Below, in pieces: positions 1-64,000 of a stretch of 64,000 nt of DNA. Position 1 is the stretch's first letter. Every line of letters begins with the position of its first letter. A program made the translations under genes and the position numbers. The notes beneath the pieces were generated by a model, which saw nothing but the letters and a program-made list of their open reading frames with translations, searched no databases and had not been told where the DNA came from. This DNA comes from Paraspadella gotoi. Taxonomy: Eukaryota > Animalia > Chaetognatha. The stretch spans positions 16,697,856 through 16,761,855 of the forward strand of contig CM119269.1 in the NCBI GenBank assembly GCA_051294375.1. The letters run 5' to 3'.

Positions 1-177
1 GAACATATCCACAAGTGACGAGAATAAGAGCAGAAGAAAAGAACAATTGCACCTTCAACGAGAGCATATAAATAGATAAACACGAAAAACAAGCGCCTTG
101 CAACTGACCAGAAATCAATTTCGAAAATGGAAACGAAATGTTTAGGTGAAGACAAATGGCCAATTGGCGGCAATTTG

Positions 178-217
<40 letters not shown>

Positions 218-890
218 AGTGGTGGGGGGATTGATCTATGGGAGAAGATTGTTTGGATGGGATTGGTCGTGATGCAGGTAAATGTTGAGATGGTGGTTTC
301 CGTTCAATGACCAAATGTAGACACAAATTAGACCGTAGCAAAAATGATCCCGATGTATTATTCAGTTGATGGGGAAAGATATCGAAGGGACGAAGGGGGG
401 GGGAAATGATGGTGGGAACGATGCTGAGGATCGGGACGATTGTAGCTGAGATTTCTGGGGCGCGTTTATTAGACCCAGATGCAAACGGAGAGGAAATCGA
501 AGGAAGAGAGGTGGAGAAGGGGGGGGGGTGGAAAAAAAGGTAAGAAAAATCCTGGAAAAGGTGAAGAGGTGAATAGAAAAAAATAGGGTCGATACTTGAA
601 TCGAAAGTTAAAAGTGAAGGAGGAAAACATCGCGAATTTTGTGAAATGTGATGGGGATCGCGGCTTCGACAGGAAATAAAGGTAGAATCACCCTAAATAT
701 CCGTGAACATAGTAACTGGAAGAGGAAAAAAAAAAATTTTACAAACTTTTAAACAATTGAAACCTTCGGGGAACACAAATTTTAATGGTAAAAGTAAATA
801 TATGTAAATATTTATAAAGAAACACAAAGGATATTTATCAGTAGGTACTAATACAGTTCTTGAATTTAAAGAACACTTACTATATTTTGC

Positions 891-939
<49 letters not shown>

Positions 940-1956
940 TGTGGGTCTAACACTCCCGGGGATTCTTTGTCTAGGCTCTTGTTGTTGCAGCTGCGATGCT
1001 ATTTCGTATTTTTCGATGAATGGAAAGGGACTGGGGGCAGGGGTGTCGAAATGGGGTGTACTGCACGTAGTGTGCTAAAATCAGGGAAGAGTGGAATGAA
1101 AAAGATATGATGAGACTACGAATAGAAAATTTAAAAAGAGGAAGGTGAAATGACTGGGGAGATCCGGGGACGGCTTTATTTTTCAAAAATCGCTTTATTT
1201 CATCCTAAATTTAAAATAAGCTTTTTTTTTTAAGTTGAAGATTTGGTTATGGATTATTGTTTGAATTATTGGTTAGTGATTTAGGTTAGGGACTCGGTTA
1301 GGTTAGGTTAGGTTATATATATATTTATTTATCTTATTTAAAAAAAAATTGAATTTGAGGTCAACATTAGATCAAGGGATTACGGAACAGAAATAGGGCC
1401 CCTTCGGAAAATAGTGCCAGGAGGACTGAGGGGGAGAAGCGAATGAGCGGAGGTGGACCCAAAATTCCCCCCCCCCCGTTTCATTTTTTCCCTCTCGCTT
1501 CGTTTATCGTCGGTTTATTTTCACAATTTCACGATTTCACCTCAACCCTGTGACTGCGACGAATTATCGCTGCATCCATCCAACATTTTTTTTTCCTAAA
1601 AAATAATGTTAAATTTTTATATCGTCGCAGGATAATAAATCCTACCCAAAGCAGAAACGGATCGGAGGAGCGGGAAATATTCGCCGATATGGAAAATGGA
1701 AAAGGGAAAATGGACATCCTTAAATATCTTGAGACATTAACTTTCAGAGAGAGGGCTATAAACGATTGATCGAGGTAACGATCACCATTTGTGCGCCTCC
1801 ATTCCACTGAGAAACTAACCCGTGACATCGCCCAATGTTTTTATGGTTTTTTAAGCACAATAAACATTTTGTTCATTTGTTTTGATTTTTCAAAATTATA
1901 CTTGTAATTTGTACATTTCGTTTTTCTGTCTATTTGTTTGCCTATCTGTCAGTCTT

Positions 1957-2016
<60 letters not shown>

Positions 2017-3736
2017 TCCTTCCTCTTTCGACTCACGTTTGTATTTTTTCCTTCTCTATTTTTTCATCTTGAAGCCAAATTTCCTGGGGCTTCCACACCT
2101 GAATCGGGAAGGGCGAAGCATCGAACGGCGAAGGGTCCTCGGTCCAAGGGGGAGATTTTAATGAGTGGAGGAGTGGGAGGTGGGGGAGAAAGTGGTAAAA
2201 ACTGAGCTGAGTGGTGTAGCGGTAGTTCGGATCCCGCCGATCTCGGGTTTATGGGCGAGAAAAAAAAATGTTGCTGGTTTTGTATGGGGAAAGATAGGAA
2301 TGTCGGTAGAGAAGGTTGGTGAATGTTTTGAAAGGAATAAGAAGAAATTGACACTGATGCGGTTACGATGCTCTTTGTGGTTGGTCACGTGACGTCCATC
2401 CCATATAGAGTCAGTATTTTATATATATATATATATATATATACAATAAGTTTGCTGAAATATAAACTAGAACGAGATTACTTTCGGCATGAGGTCAAAG
2501 AGTTTGATTCTAATTTGAGACAACAAAATAAACTTTTGAAGACCTAATTTGATAAAATATATAAAAACACAGATAAGAATAAATTTTATTATTAACTACA
2601 ATATCATTATTTATTACCCTGACTAGTCACTATAAAGAAAATTAGATTTAAAAGAAGAGAATTTTGGTAGGATGCTTTTACTCGCTTTACAAACACAAGC
2701 AGTCAAAAATACAAATTCAGTGGGATCTATGAGGTTTTTTATACACAGTTAAAGATGAAAACCAAAAGAAGTAGTTTACAATAGGAAATATAAATCTTTT
2801 GTTTTTATTTGTACCAGATGAAATTTTTAGATGGTGAAAGTAATGACGTACGATAGATGATATGTTCAAATTGTCGTATAATTACAATGATTCACGTCGA
2901 AATAAGGCAGAATTTTTTTTGTCTCGTTTAGTTTTGTTTAGTTAGTTTGCAAAAATATAAGTTAAATACAAGTACGAAAATCAGCACCACGAGTTTGTGA
3001 GTATAAAAAACTTTTTTTTTGGATCGACTAGGATGAAAAGTTTAAGAGTCCTTGAGATCACACGTATTAATTTTGATATTCACAGAAAAAAAAATTTTGT
3101 CATGATATGAAACGAAATTCAATAATCTTCGTTGTATATGTTAAAATTTTTTTATAAACTAACAGAAAGGCCGGGAAATTATGAATCTTTCACTCAAAAA
3201 AAAAAAAAAAACAAAAAAAAAACAACATTTTAGTCAGAAAATACAAATTTGTGTTTCTATCTTGTAATAATCATCTATCAGTAAAAAAATTTCAAAACTA
3301 ATCCAGAAAAAACGAACGTGTGAAAGACTAACGTGAAAAATAAAAGCGACGAAGTAACGAAATACGAGAGACGGAACTTCTTTGAGGATATGAACTCGTT
3401 GGTCCGAGCTACCATTTCATTGTTGATAATAAAAAATCGATATGTTATTATTGATTAAAGCGGGAAAAAAGACTAGTTTGAGCGTCAAAAAACAATAACC
3501 ATAATTCTTTTATTTTTGAATTCGAATTCGGCGAATGATAAGATATAAACGGTGAATCGAATTTCGCTTAAGATCCTCGTGAAAATTTCTGTAAACATAG
3601 GGACTTTAAATGACAGCGGATTGGTTAGTACTATAGAATGGTAAATAGTATACAAAGGTATACTATAATGTCGTCAGCAGAGTGAAGGGCCGATAATATT
3701 AGAGTTTGATGCCATTTATTTTTGAACACTATCGGA

Positions 3737-4348
3737 TAAGGCGTAGTGAAAGTTACGTACGAAAATTCTAAAGGTCAATTATGAACAACATACCATTAGT
3801 AAACATTAATTTGTAAAAAAAATTAATTTTATGTTTTTTAATTTTCGCAGTAGGCTATATTTATATATAGTACTATCCTTATAAAATCGAAAAATTTCAA
3901 AATAGGCTTTTCTTAATTTTGATTGCAGATTTAAATTCCTCGTCAAAAGTTGATAAAAGAAAATATAAATTATTTTTAAAAATTCTTTCATTAAGTGGGT
4001 TAAAAATTACAAAAACTATATTTAATATATAAAAAGTTAATTTTCAGCTTAAAATATAGCTTTTTCTAATTTTTGATCCACTTAATGAAGGAATTTTTCA
4101 AAAAGAGTTATATTTCTTTTTATCAACTTTTTATGACGAATCCAAATCTGCAAAAAAATCTTAGAAAAAACTGTTTTGAAATTTTAACATTTATTGGATT
4201 AGTACTAGTATAAATATGGCCTACTGCGTAAATTGTAAAATTTATTATAATTTTTTTTTATACATAAATGTTCATTAGTATAATGTTGTTCGTTCCTCAC
4301 TTTTAGAATTTTAATTAAAGTTAAATTTAGAAATTTTACTACGCCTTA
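3737..4348. mobile_element. Palindromic MITE, hAT-like
   Basis: Termini TAAGGCGTAGT...ACTACGCCTTA; arms degenerately complementary over ~290 bp; perfect 8-bp TSD CTATCGGA (3729-3736 / 4349-4356). Confidence 0.85.
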
Positions 4349-4950
4349 CTATCGGATGAACTCGTATACTAGCAAAAAAATATTAGGAAAGTAAATTAGA
4401 AAAAAAGTTTAGACAAATTACGTATTTTTACACAAAATACATATTTTTTTAGTTTTATCATTTCCCGACAGCATTTTTTTGAACAATAAAATAACTCCTG
4501 TTCATCTATGATTTTTAGAAATGAAAAAATATCAAATTCGTCAGCAGAAAAAAAAACTAAGTTCATCTAATATCTCTTTCCGCTGACAATACCGATAACT
4601 GACAAGGTTCAAGGAGCCCGTGTATGACAAATATTGACTATTATTTGTTGTTGTCATAAGTAAACTTATTAAAATCTGCTGTCAGCGTCAACGATGAATT
4701 GACTTTCTAAGCGAAACCAAAACGTCAGCTCGGGATCAGAAAAAAAAACAAAAAAAAACAAAAGACAAAAAGGAAAACACAATTTTACGAAATGTTAGCT
4801 TTTGGAAATGTCTCTTTGGCCCGATATTAATTAATTAATTCTGGATGAAATATGAACAATTCCAGGGATGTTCACCCGCCACTCCGCCGTCACTCCGCCG
4901 CCACTCCGCCACCCATCTCTCTCAACCTTATACATAAACTCCATTCCCTC

Positions 4951-40216
<35,266 letters not shown>

Positions 40217-40632
40217 CTGCGAAAGGTAAATAAAAGAACATTCGTTTTAACGCTCTAATATTAAGAAGAAAAAAGTCTAAAAAAAATTTATTTTCGTCCA
40301 TAATTTTTTTCGGTATTAATAATTAGTATGACTCGCCGATGACTTAAAGTGGCAAAAGATGAAATGGATAAATTTGATAAAAAATAAATGACGGGTTTTT
40401 TTATTGAATGAAATAAAAATAAGTAAAACAAACTAAAAAAAAGTCGATAGCGTGTTCAAAAACCTCAAGCAGAGAAAAAAAACACAAACTTTTCTTTTTT
40501 TTTTTGCTTGTTTTTTTAAAGGATTTTTATTGCTTGACGCCGCTTGCTATTTTTTTTTATTGATCGCTAACCGCTTTGATCGGAGCTAAATTCTTGATGA
40601 GTACGCGCTCTTTCTCTCTCTCTCCCTCTATC

Positions 40633-40779
<147 letters not shown>

Positions 40780-41001
40780 CTCTCTTTAAAAATCAGTTAA
40801 ACCGGAGCCTTATCGAGTTCGCCAAAGTTTACTTCTCCCCTTAAAAGACAAAGATGGCGTTTCGTCGAAGACGGAATCCAATATGGCGTCGATCTTGAAT
40901 CCGAATATAAAGATCACTGACCTCTCGCGATGTCGGTCGACAAAAAGCAGACTTTGACACCATCCAATGGAGGGGCGAGCACGGAGGTGGGGTTGCGGGA
41001 A

Positions 41002-41071
<70 letters not shown>

Positions 41072-41397
41072 ATAATCCCTGATCGATTTTTGAATCCTTG
41101 CTGAGCGGCGCTAATGGAAAATCGAAATGGTCTTCGCCCTTTGGGCATTTCGACCTCGATGTCGATCCTTTGTCAGTTTACTGGACACTTTTTTTAGTCA
41201 AGTTTTGTCAGTTTGTGACAATTTTGTTAATCGCGTTTTGTCGGGTTCTGTCAGTAAGTGATATTCTTTTTTTCAGTTAATGTCAATTGTTTTTATTCGA
41301 TTCTATGAAAATTTAAAAAAAAAAAAGCATAATCATTTCCAACATTTTCCTCGTATAAAACTGAGTTCATGAGATCTTTAGTTGTTATCCTTACAAA

Positions 41398-56597
<15,200 letters not shown>

Positions 56598-56747
56598 TGT
56601 CGAGGCCTTTATTTTCTATCACATCCGGGTCTTGCTTTAATTCCTCCGCTTTGCCTCTTTCTTTTTTTTTTTTTTTTAAATTTCATTAATTCTCAATAAC
56701 ATACGGGCGACGGTTACAGTTTTTATCTACATTTTGTAAATCGAGAA

Positions 56748-56772
56748 TGACGTCACCGGTTTCCATGGCGAC
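56748..56772. promoter_or_regulatory. CRE + X-box pair
   Basis: TGACGTCA (56748-56755) 3 bp from GTTTCCATGGCGAC (56759-56772). Confidence 0.45.
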
Positions 56773-57594
56773 GAGGAGAACCGTCGGTCGGTTTCCGATT
56801 TTTTTTTTCCTTTCTCTTTCTTCCTTTCTTTCTTTTCCGTAAAAAAAATCGATTCTATAGTTTGACTTTTTTTTTTCGTGCCTTTTTTGGGGGATTTTGT
56901 GCACTACGCCGTTTTGACGCTATGTAATAATATAATAATATAACTTAAAGGAAAATGAGAGATATTTTATTCACGAATAAGTATATATGTAATACTGTAA
57001 TATTGTAAAACTCTCCTCAACACTTTGTATCGAATAAAGAACGTTTTTATACTTTTTCGCTTTCTTAAATTTTTATTCCTTCAACCGCCGACTTTCGTTT
57101 TCCGTAAACGACCTCAATGACGACGACGACGACGACGACGACGACAAATGCTCTTTTTTACTGTTTCCTTCATCTTTAAAAGCATCGACGGCCCCGCTTC
57201 CACCAGAACACTTTCCCCACCCTATTTTAGACCCCCCAAAATCGGTAATAGTCACGAGGAGGCAACGAAATAGCCTACTTCTTTTTGGGGAGGAAAAGAA
57301 TTATTTGGGAAGTGGCTGAGGTCTTTGGCGATGGAAAGAATTTTAAGATGAAGAGTTGAAACACAAAAACTGCTGCTATAAAATAAGCAATAGCAATAGC
57401 AATAGCAATAGCAATAGCTCGTTGCCGTTGTTGACGTATTTATGGAGGGAATTACGATTCAAATAATTCCTCTTAAATCAATTTTTTTTATAAAATTTCA
57501 ATCGCTTTGGAATCGTGAAAAATTGAATTACTGAACAAAGCGTCTTCATCTTGAAGATTTTTAGGATCCTAAGTTTTCTCTCTCTCTCTCTATT

Positions 57595-57650
<56 letters not shown>

Positions 57651-57654
57651 TCGT

Positions 57655-57739
<85 letters not shown>

Positions 57740-58207
57740 AGTCTTCTCACTCCTAAATTTTCTCTTTTCCCTTAACATCAAATCTTCCCGATTCATTCTT
57801 TAAAATAATTATCTGTTATATTACATCTTTCGCTCCTCCTAACTTTCGTCCCATTTTCACATTACCGACTCCCTTTCCTACCTCTCCTTTCTATTCCACC
57901 CTTTACTCCCTCTCCTTTCTATTCCTCTCTTTCATCCCTCTCCTTTCTATTCCTCCCTTTCCTCCCTTTCCTTTCTATACCCCCCTTTACTCTCTCTCTC
58001 TTCTATTCCTCTCTTTCATCCCTCTCCTTTCTATACCTCTCTTTACTCTCTCTCTCTTCTATTCCTCTCTTTCCTCCCCTCCTTTTTTCCCAGAGAATGG
58101 AACCACTCGTGGGAGAATCGAAAGGAAGGACGAAAGCGAAGGAAGGAGAACCATTTATTTCTTTTATGCAAATGAGGAGAGAGAAGAAGAGAGAGAGAGA
58201 GAGAAAG

Positions 58208-58298
<91 letters not shown>

Positions 58299-58315
58299 TG
58301 AGATTGATGAGAAAG

Positions 58316-58358
<43 letters not shown>

Positions 58359-58837
58359 GAAAAATGGATGGAAATAAGGTAAGTAGGACCATGGAACGAA
58401 AGCTATGATCGAACAAAAAAGAAAAAACATAAGAAATTAAAGGGAGAGTTAGAAAAAAGCCAAAAAAAAATTAAAAAAAGCACGAGAGAAAAAAAAAGAG
58501 GAATTAGCAGATTAGCCGTAAGATATAGGGAAAAAAACAATAAAATCAGAGAAGAAATGAAGAATAAAAGAAAAAGGCAAAAAAGGCAAAAAAATCCTTT
58601 AAAAGATTCTTTGAAATATTATACCATTGATAGGGAAGCCAATTACTCTGGCAGTTACTAAACGAGACTATGAGAGATTCTTGATTGAAAGCTTTCAGGG
58701 ACCTGCTATGTTATTTACCACCAAAGCCTGTCCAAATAAATGTATTGGTCATATAAAAGGAAAAATTGAAAAATAAATACAAGTAGTCGGGCATTGCCTA
58801 GGTTCACCCCGCCAAGAATCATGACACTTTCAGTTGT

Positions 58838-59120
58838 GACCCGGTGGCTCATTGAGTAAAGCCATCAGCTCATGACCACTAGGTACCGGGTTCAATCCCA
58901 ACCCGGTACCTACCCTGCGGGAAGCGTGAGAACGGCCGTAAGCCGCCTTGGGGGCATAGCAAACCCTCAAGCCTGGTTCCAAGCCCAGGGACCCGTTCCA
59001 TGGCTGCTAGAGGGACGGACAGTCATCTTCAGCCCACGAAGCGCCTTATCCACATACATAAGAGTAGCCATAGCCGATGAAATTTATATGCTAATGTATA
59101 CAGCGTTAAAATAATCTATC
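58838..59120 (+). mobile_element. tRNA-derived SINE
   Basis: Pol III A-box-like TGGCTCATTGAG (58845), B-box GGTTCAATCCC (58889-58899), GC-rich body, AT-rich 3' end CGTTAAAATAATCTATC; the acceptor stem is not a clean tRNA. Confidence 0.65.
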
Positions 59121-59811
59121 ATGACCATAGATTATGCTATTAAAATATTTTTTGTCTAAAATGATATCTTCTGAGGGTACTAGCCTAATTATAAATATTA
59201 TATTGCTATATAGAGCAAAAAATATTTTTTTTAAATCTTAAAATTTTTTTAACAAGAAATATAATTACAGCTTTTAAAAATTCTTACGTTTTCTAAGTGA
59301 AAAAATAAAAAAACTGATAAAATCATCGAAAGATGATGATGATGATGATTTTTTTATGTTTTTTCTTATTTTTGACACACTTATCGTAAAAATATTTAAT
59401 ATAAAAATATAAATATAAAAAGAATTATACTTAGTGTAGACAAATTTTTATGAGCTATCTGAATCTGGTCTTAAAATTTAAAAATTAAAAAAAAAATTTT
59501 TGGCCTTTCCTATCTATAAATAAATATTAAAAAATTAATTACTAGGGTATAGAGCGATATCAGAAATTTTTTGTCCATTGAAAGTATTCTTAAAAATATT
59601 CGTTTGAGCATGTACTCTCTCAAAATTTTTGACTCACCCCATTGAGTGCGGCTACCCCTAATAAGAGAGTGATGAAACGGAAAAGAGGAAAAATGACCAA
59701 AAAAAAGAAAATATCATAATGAAACGAAGACAGAAAATCGATGTAACTTAAGATTTTGTCTTTTGTCAAATCCAGTATTTGATTGACCAATTTTCTGTCC
59801 TTATGAGGTCT

Positions 59812-59850
<39 letters not shown>

Positions 59851-60282
59851 GCATTTATTGACGTTTTCCAAAACATTTAAAAAAAAAAACAACAAAAAAA
59901 CAACTCGTTTTTGGTTTAATGGGTTTTTTTTCTCAAAAAGAAAACCGAAGTTGCGCTGCATGACGTCAAAATGTGAGAAGAAAATGTCATCGTCTTAAAA
60001 GGGGGAGGTGTTAGTGGAGAGAGAGGGAGAGAGAGAAAGAGAGAGAGGAGAGAGGGGGGGAGAGAGGAGAGAGAGAGGAGAGAGAGAGAATTATTGGGGT
60101 CTCCCTGTCGGTGTTAAGCCACCACCCAGGACGAGCTAAGGCTCTTCTTCAAAAATTTTACATACACATACAGTGTAAAGGGAAAAGAAGAGAGGAGGAG
60201 AGAGAGGAAGAGGAAGGAGAGAGAGAGAGAGAGGAGAACAGAGAGAGAAGAGAGAGGAGAGGATGGAGTGTGAGAGAGAAAA

Positions 60283-60316
<34 letters not shown>

Positions 60317-60461
60317 TGAGTAGAGAAGAGAGAGAGAGAGCGAAGGAGAGAGAAGCGATGTGAAAAAAAAAGACAAAGGCGATGTGATTTCGCGACGATC
60401 GAATTCTCGTCGAGAACAGACAGTCATAAATAAAAAAACAATATAAATAGCTGAGAGGAGA

Positions 60462-60502
<41 letters not shown>

Positions 60503-62789
60503 ATAAGGAAAGAAAAAGAAAGAAAGAAAGAAAGAAAGAAGAAAGGAAAAGAAAGAAAAAAAAAAAAATAGAAAAAAACAGAAAAAAGAAAAAAATACGT
60601 AAAAACAGGAAAAAAAAAAATGAAGAGTAAAAGGGAGAAAGATGCAACAAAAAGATTCAAAAAAAAAGAAGAAAAAATTTGGATAAAATTGTGAAAAGAA
60701 AAATTGGATTTGAGGAAGGAAAAAAGCTTCGGGGAAACATGGAAAGCATTATCGCGACGTCGACCCAAAGGTGAAACTTTTCATTTTCCGACTCATATTT
60801 TAACACGTCAGTATTTAATATTTAAGTTTTAAGTTTAAGTTGGTAGGAGCAACGCTGAAAATACTTTTTTTTTATCTTCTTTGATTGCAAATTATGCTAT
60901 GATCGATATTGACGACGGGGTAACATCCACGCATAAAATGGGGTAAAACGAAAGGTGAATAAAACGTTTACTCCTACGCGTTGGACATTCGCCCCGAATT
61001 AAGTGATATTTTCTTCATTTTATTGATTTTTCTCCCTGACAAACTTTTTCCTTCGCATACGGCCGAATTCAAGAGGATGATGAAATGACGCTTTCAACTC
61101 GTTACTTGTCAAAATTCATGGGATAAGTGTCTCACGGTAATGCGGCCTCGCACAAATGAGAACAGTCTTCTTGAAAATCTTTGAAGAACATATTTAGTTT
61201 TTTTACTTTCTTTTCGATAATTCTTGCTCTTTTATATCATAAATTTTAGATTCTAATTGGTACCGGACTCCAATATTCTGCTGACAATGGTTTTCTTAGC
61301 GGCAACTATACCCTTACAAGAATGTTTGCTTTGAACTTGAAGAAGTTCTACGAGAGTCTCTCTTGCTCTCCTTTCGCTCCCTCGTCTCTCTACCTCACAC
61401 TCGTCTTCTCTCTTGGATTTTCATCCCTTTTCATCTGATTAATGAAATGATTTGAATTTCGAATACAATGTTCTAAATAAACATAAACCACATTTCCACA
61501 CCCGATATTTTGTATGAAAACTATTGAATAAAAACCTTTTTATGCAATAGTAATTAGGCAATTAATTGTTTGAAAAAAAATGAGAAACAAAGATTGGAGA
61601 AAAAAAAGAAAAAATTAAAGGAAAAAAGAAATTTAAAAAAAAAGTCTTTGAAATTAGAAAAAAACGGTAAGGAAGATTCCGAAATCTTTTTGTTTACTCG
61701 ATGCGAAAAAATTTATACTTCCGATAAATATTAAAGTTTAAATTTTTACATTTTTACGGCGACTGTACATAATGGAGCTTTTACTTAACCCAAGGTGATT
61801 TCTACCCTCTCTCAACTGTGGTCATTGCCCACTGAGTTTAAGTGGGTCATGCCTGGTCCCGGTTCTGGAGCGATCTATTCCAACTTACCGGTGCTGGAGC
61901 AGCGCCGCCGGCGGCGCGCGGTCCGCACAGGAGTCGACGGAAGATCCGGCTTCAATGGAGCACGTGATTCTTGGAGAGGGAGACGGTGGACTGAGGAGGT
62001 GGAGGAAGAGGAATAGAGGAGGAGAGGAGAGGAGGTAGAAGAAGAAAGAAGAAGAAGAAGAAGAAAAAGGTGAAAAATATAAAAAACATAAAATAACATA
62101 ACGATCGCTGAACACGATTCCAAGAAACAACAGATCAGACGACGATCATTTTTAAAAAAAGAAATCGCTGAAAACCCACGAGTTTCGGTTTAAAATATTC
62201 CTTTAAAAAACAGGAAACTGGAAAGGAGGACGAGACAAACAACGGCACAACAAATAAAGAGACGACGACGACGCTCCAGACGACGACAACGAAGACGACA
62301 ACGACGACCGACAACGACGCCGGTAGAGTCATCAGTCATCCGCGAAAATTCATTTCGCGTATTTACGAGCGGCGCGGAAAAAAAAATATCGCTCGACGAA
62401 CGTCGCGACAGATGGCGTCTCGGGGCGTCGCGAGATCGACGTGAGGACGCGCCACCACGCGCCACCCTCGCGACTATCAGCAACCAAACTATCTAGATTC
62501 CGGTGGCGGAACAATGTCCCCCGGCTCACAACCCACCGGCTGTCATTTTCCCTTGCGTCATCACTTCTGGCGTCGCGTACATCATCGGCGTATATTACAA
62601 CATAAAAACTGGACACTGGAACAGTTGACAATGCTCATTATATATTTGAATTGAGTTCCTACTTTTAAACTCTTTATTGTAAAGTAGAATCATTTCCAAG
62701 TGACAAGAGTTCCTGCAGGTCGTGTCTTCCTCTCTCTCTCTCTCTCTCTCAATCTCTCTCACGTCTCTCTTCTCTCTCTCTCTCTCCTT

Positions 62790-62828
<39 letters not shown>

Positions 62829-63905
62829 CTCCTCTCAGAAAAACTTATCATCAGGTCTTCCCTTTTGTTTTCCCACGATTTATCGTCATAACTCGGGATC
62901 GATGACGATCGACGCCGGACGTTGGCCGCCCCACTTCCGTCACGTGACGCCACCACTCACATGTCCTACACGAATTTTTCCATAAAAAGACTTCTTTGTC
63001 ACTTCTTTTAATTTTCTTTTATCTCAGAAGAAAACATTTGTCATGTTGCGGCCGTCGTTCATTGACCTCTTTGTCTTCACCAGCAGAGCCAAGAATACGA
63101 ATATTGCCCATATCTTCTCACCACTCTTATTACCATTGCTTCCCAAATTGGCAGCTGTCATCCTCTGCCAACCCTGCAACTACCCTCGATGACGTAATTG
63201 ATTGTGATTCTCACTGTTTCATCGGTCCGAACCGACTCTCCTGTTTTTTTTATTCACGAGCGAAACGTCGAACCCCGAACACTCGATCACAATTTCAAAC
63301 CCAAACCATCACCTCCAACCCTCTGAACCCCGATTCGTGGTCCCACCTTGAGGACCCCTACCACCCACCTCGAAAGCCGGAGTCACCTGCGAGGGATTGT
63401 TTGTTGATGGGGAGATTTGCGACGGCGTTGGATGAAACCTGGATTTGTCCGCCGGTTGAGGCATTCCATCTGCAGGCGGCACCTGCAGGACATTCCAGCG
63501 CCAGACGGCGACTATCCCGGCTTCGACGGTGTCTATCTCCAAGGGCGCCCACCAGCTCTATCTTCCGTCGCCGGCGAGTCTTAACTTTTAACCGGCGCCA
63601 ATCGGCGCTGTTCGAGCGGAACCGCTATCCTTGAACGCCGTTGGTCGATTTTGTTCCAGCGGTTTGAGTTTTCGTATATTTTTATTTAATTACTTTATTA
63701 TCGTTCGTTTGTTTTAACAAGTCATATCCGGTCGCTGACGCATTTCGCTCTCGTTTTAAATCGTAACATTGGTTATTTTTTTTTTTTTGGTCGCGAGAGA
63801 ATCTTCGTATAGATCGTCAGACGTACAAATAGAGATTTTTTTTTGTATTCTAATTTCTAAACTGATATTTTTAATTTCTTNNNNNNNNNNNNNNNNNNNN
63901 NNNNN

Positions 63906-63999
63906 GTTTTGGTTTAATGGGTTTTTTTTCTCAAAAAAGAAAACCGAAGTTGCGTTGATGACGTCAAAATGTGAGAAGAAAATGTCATCGCTTAAAAGG
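63906..63999 (+). other. Post-gap duplicate of ~59907-60003 (probable scaffold overlap/haplotype redundancy)
   Basis: GTTTTGGTTTAATGGG...GAAAATGTCATCG repeated right after the N-gap at 63881-63905, with small indels. Confidence 0.8.
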
Positions 64000-64000
64000 G

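Noticed and set aside
58838-58910. tRNA gene
   Set aside because: A/B boxes are present but the cloverleaf is imperfect, there is no oligo-T terminator, and it continues into a SINE-like body
62996-63634. 212-aa plus-strand ORF
   Set aside because: TTG start, no recognisable domain, no supporting exon chain; cannot be supported without expression data

Overview
This is animal (invertebrate metazoan) nuclear DNA. It is AT-rich and dense in (GA)n, (CAT)n and (GTC)n microsatellites, has GT-AG introns, and contains five N-gaps of a draft assembly; most entries in the ORF track are microsatellite or antisense shadows. I reconstructed two spliced genes by hand from splice phases. (1) A large minus-strand SRCIN1(p140Cap)/KIAA1217(SKT)-family AIP3/coiled-coil gene (Drosophila CG32809-like) spans ~40.2 kb to ~4.95 kb, with about 20 exons and probable alternative first and last exons. 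(2) A 10-exon plus-strand RIB43A (RIBC1/2-family) ciliary doublet-microtubule gene spans 41398-56597 and carries one apparent 1-bp frameshift. The introns hold an intronless 408-aa orphan ORF ending in a CaaX-like motif, several TIR/TSD-defined non-autonomous DNA transposons, and a four-level nested insertion inside a ~10.2-kb inverted duplication (real or assembly artefact). They also hold Penelope-type minimal hammerhead ribozyme motifs, RFX X-box/CRE motif pairs and tandem arrays built from 5' splice sites; a tRNA-derived SINE lies downstream of RIB43A. No CRISPR, rRNA or genuine tRNA gene was seen. All family assignments come from recalled motifs, not from database searches.
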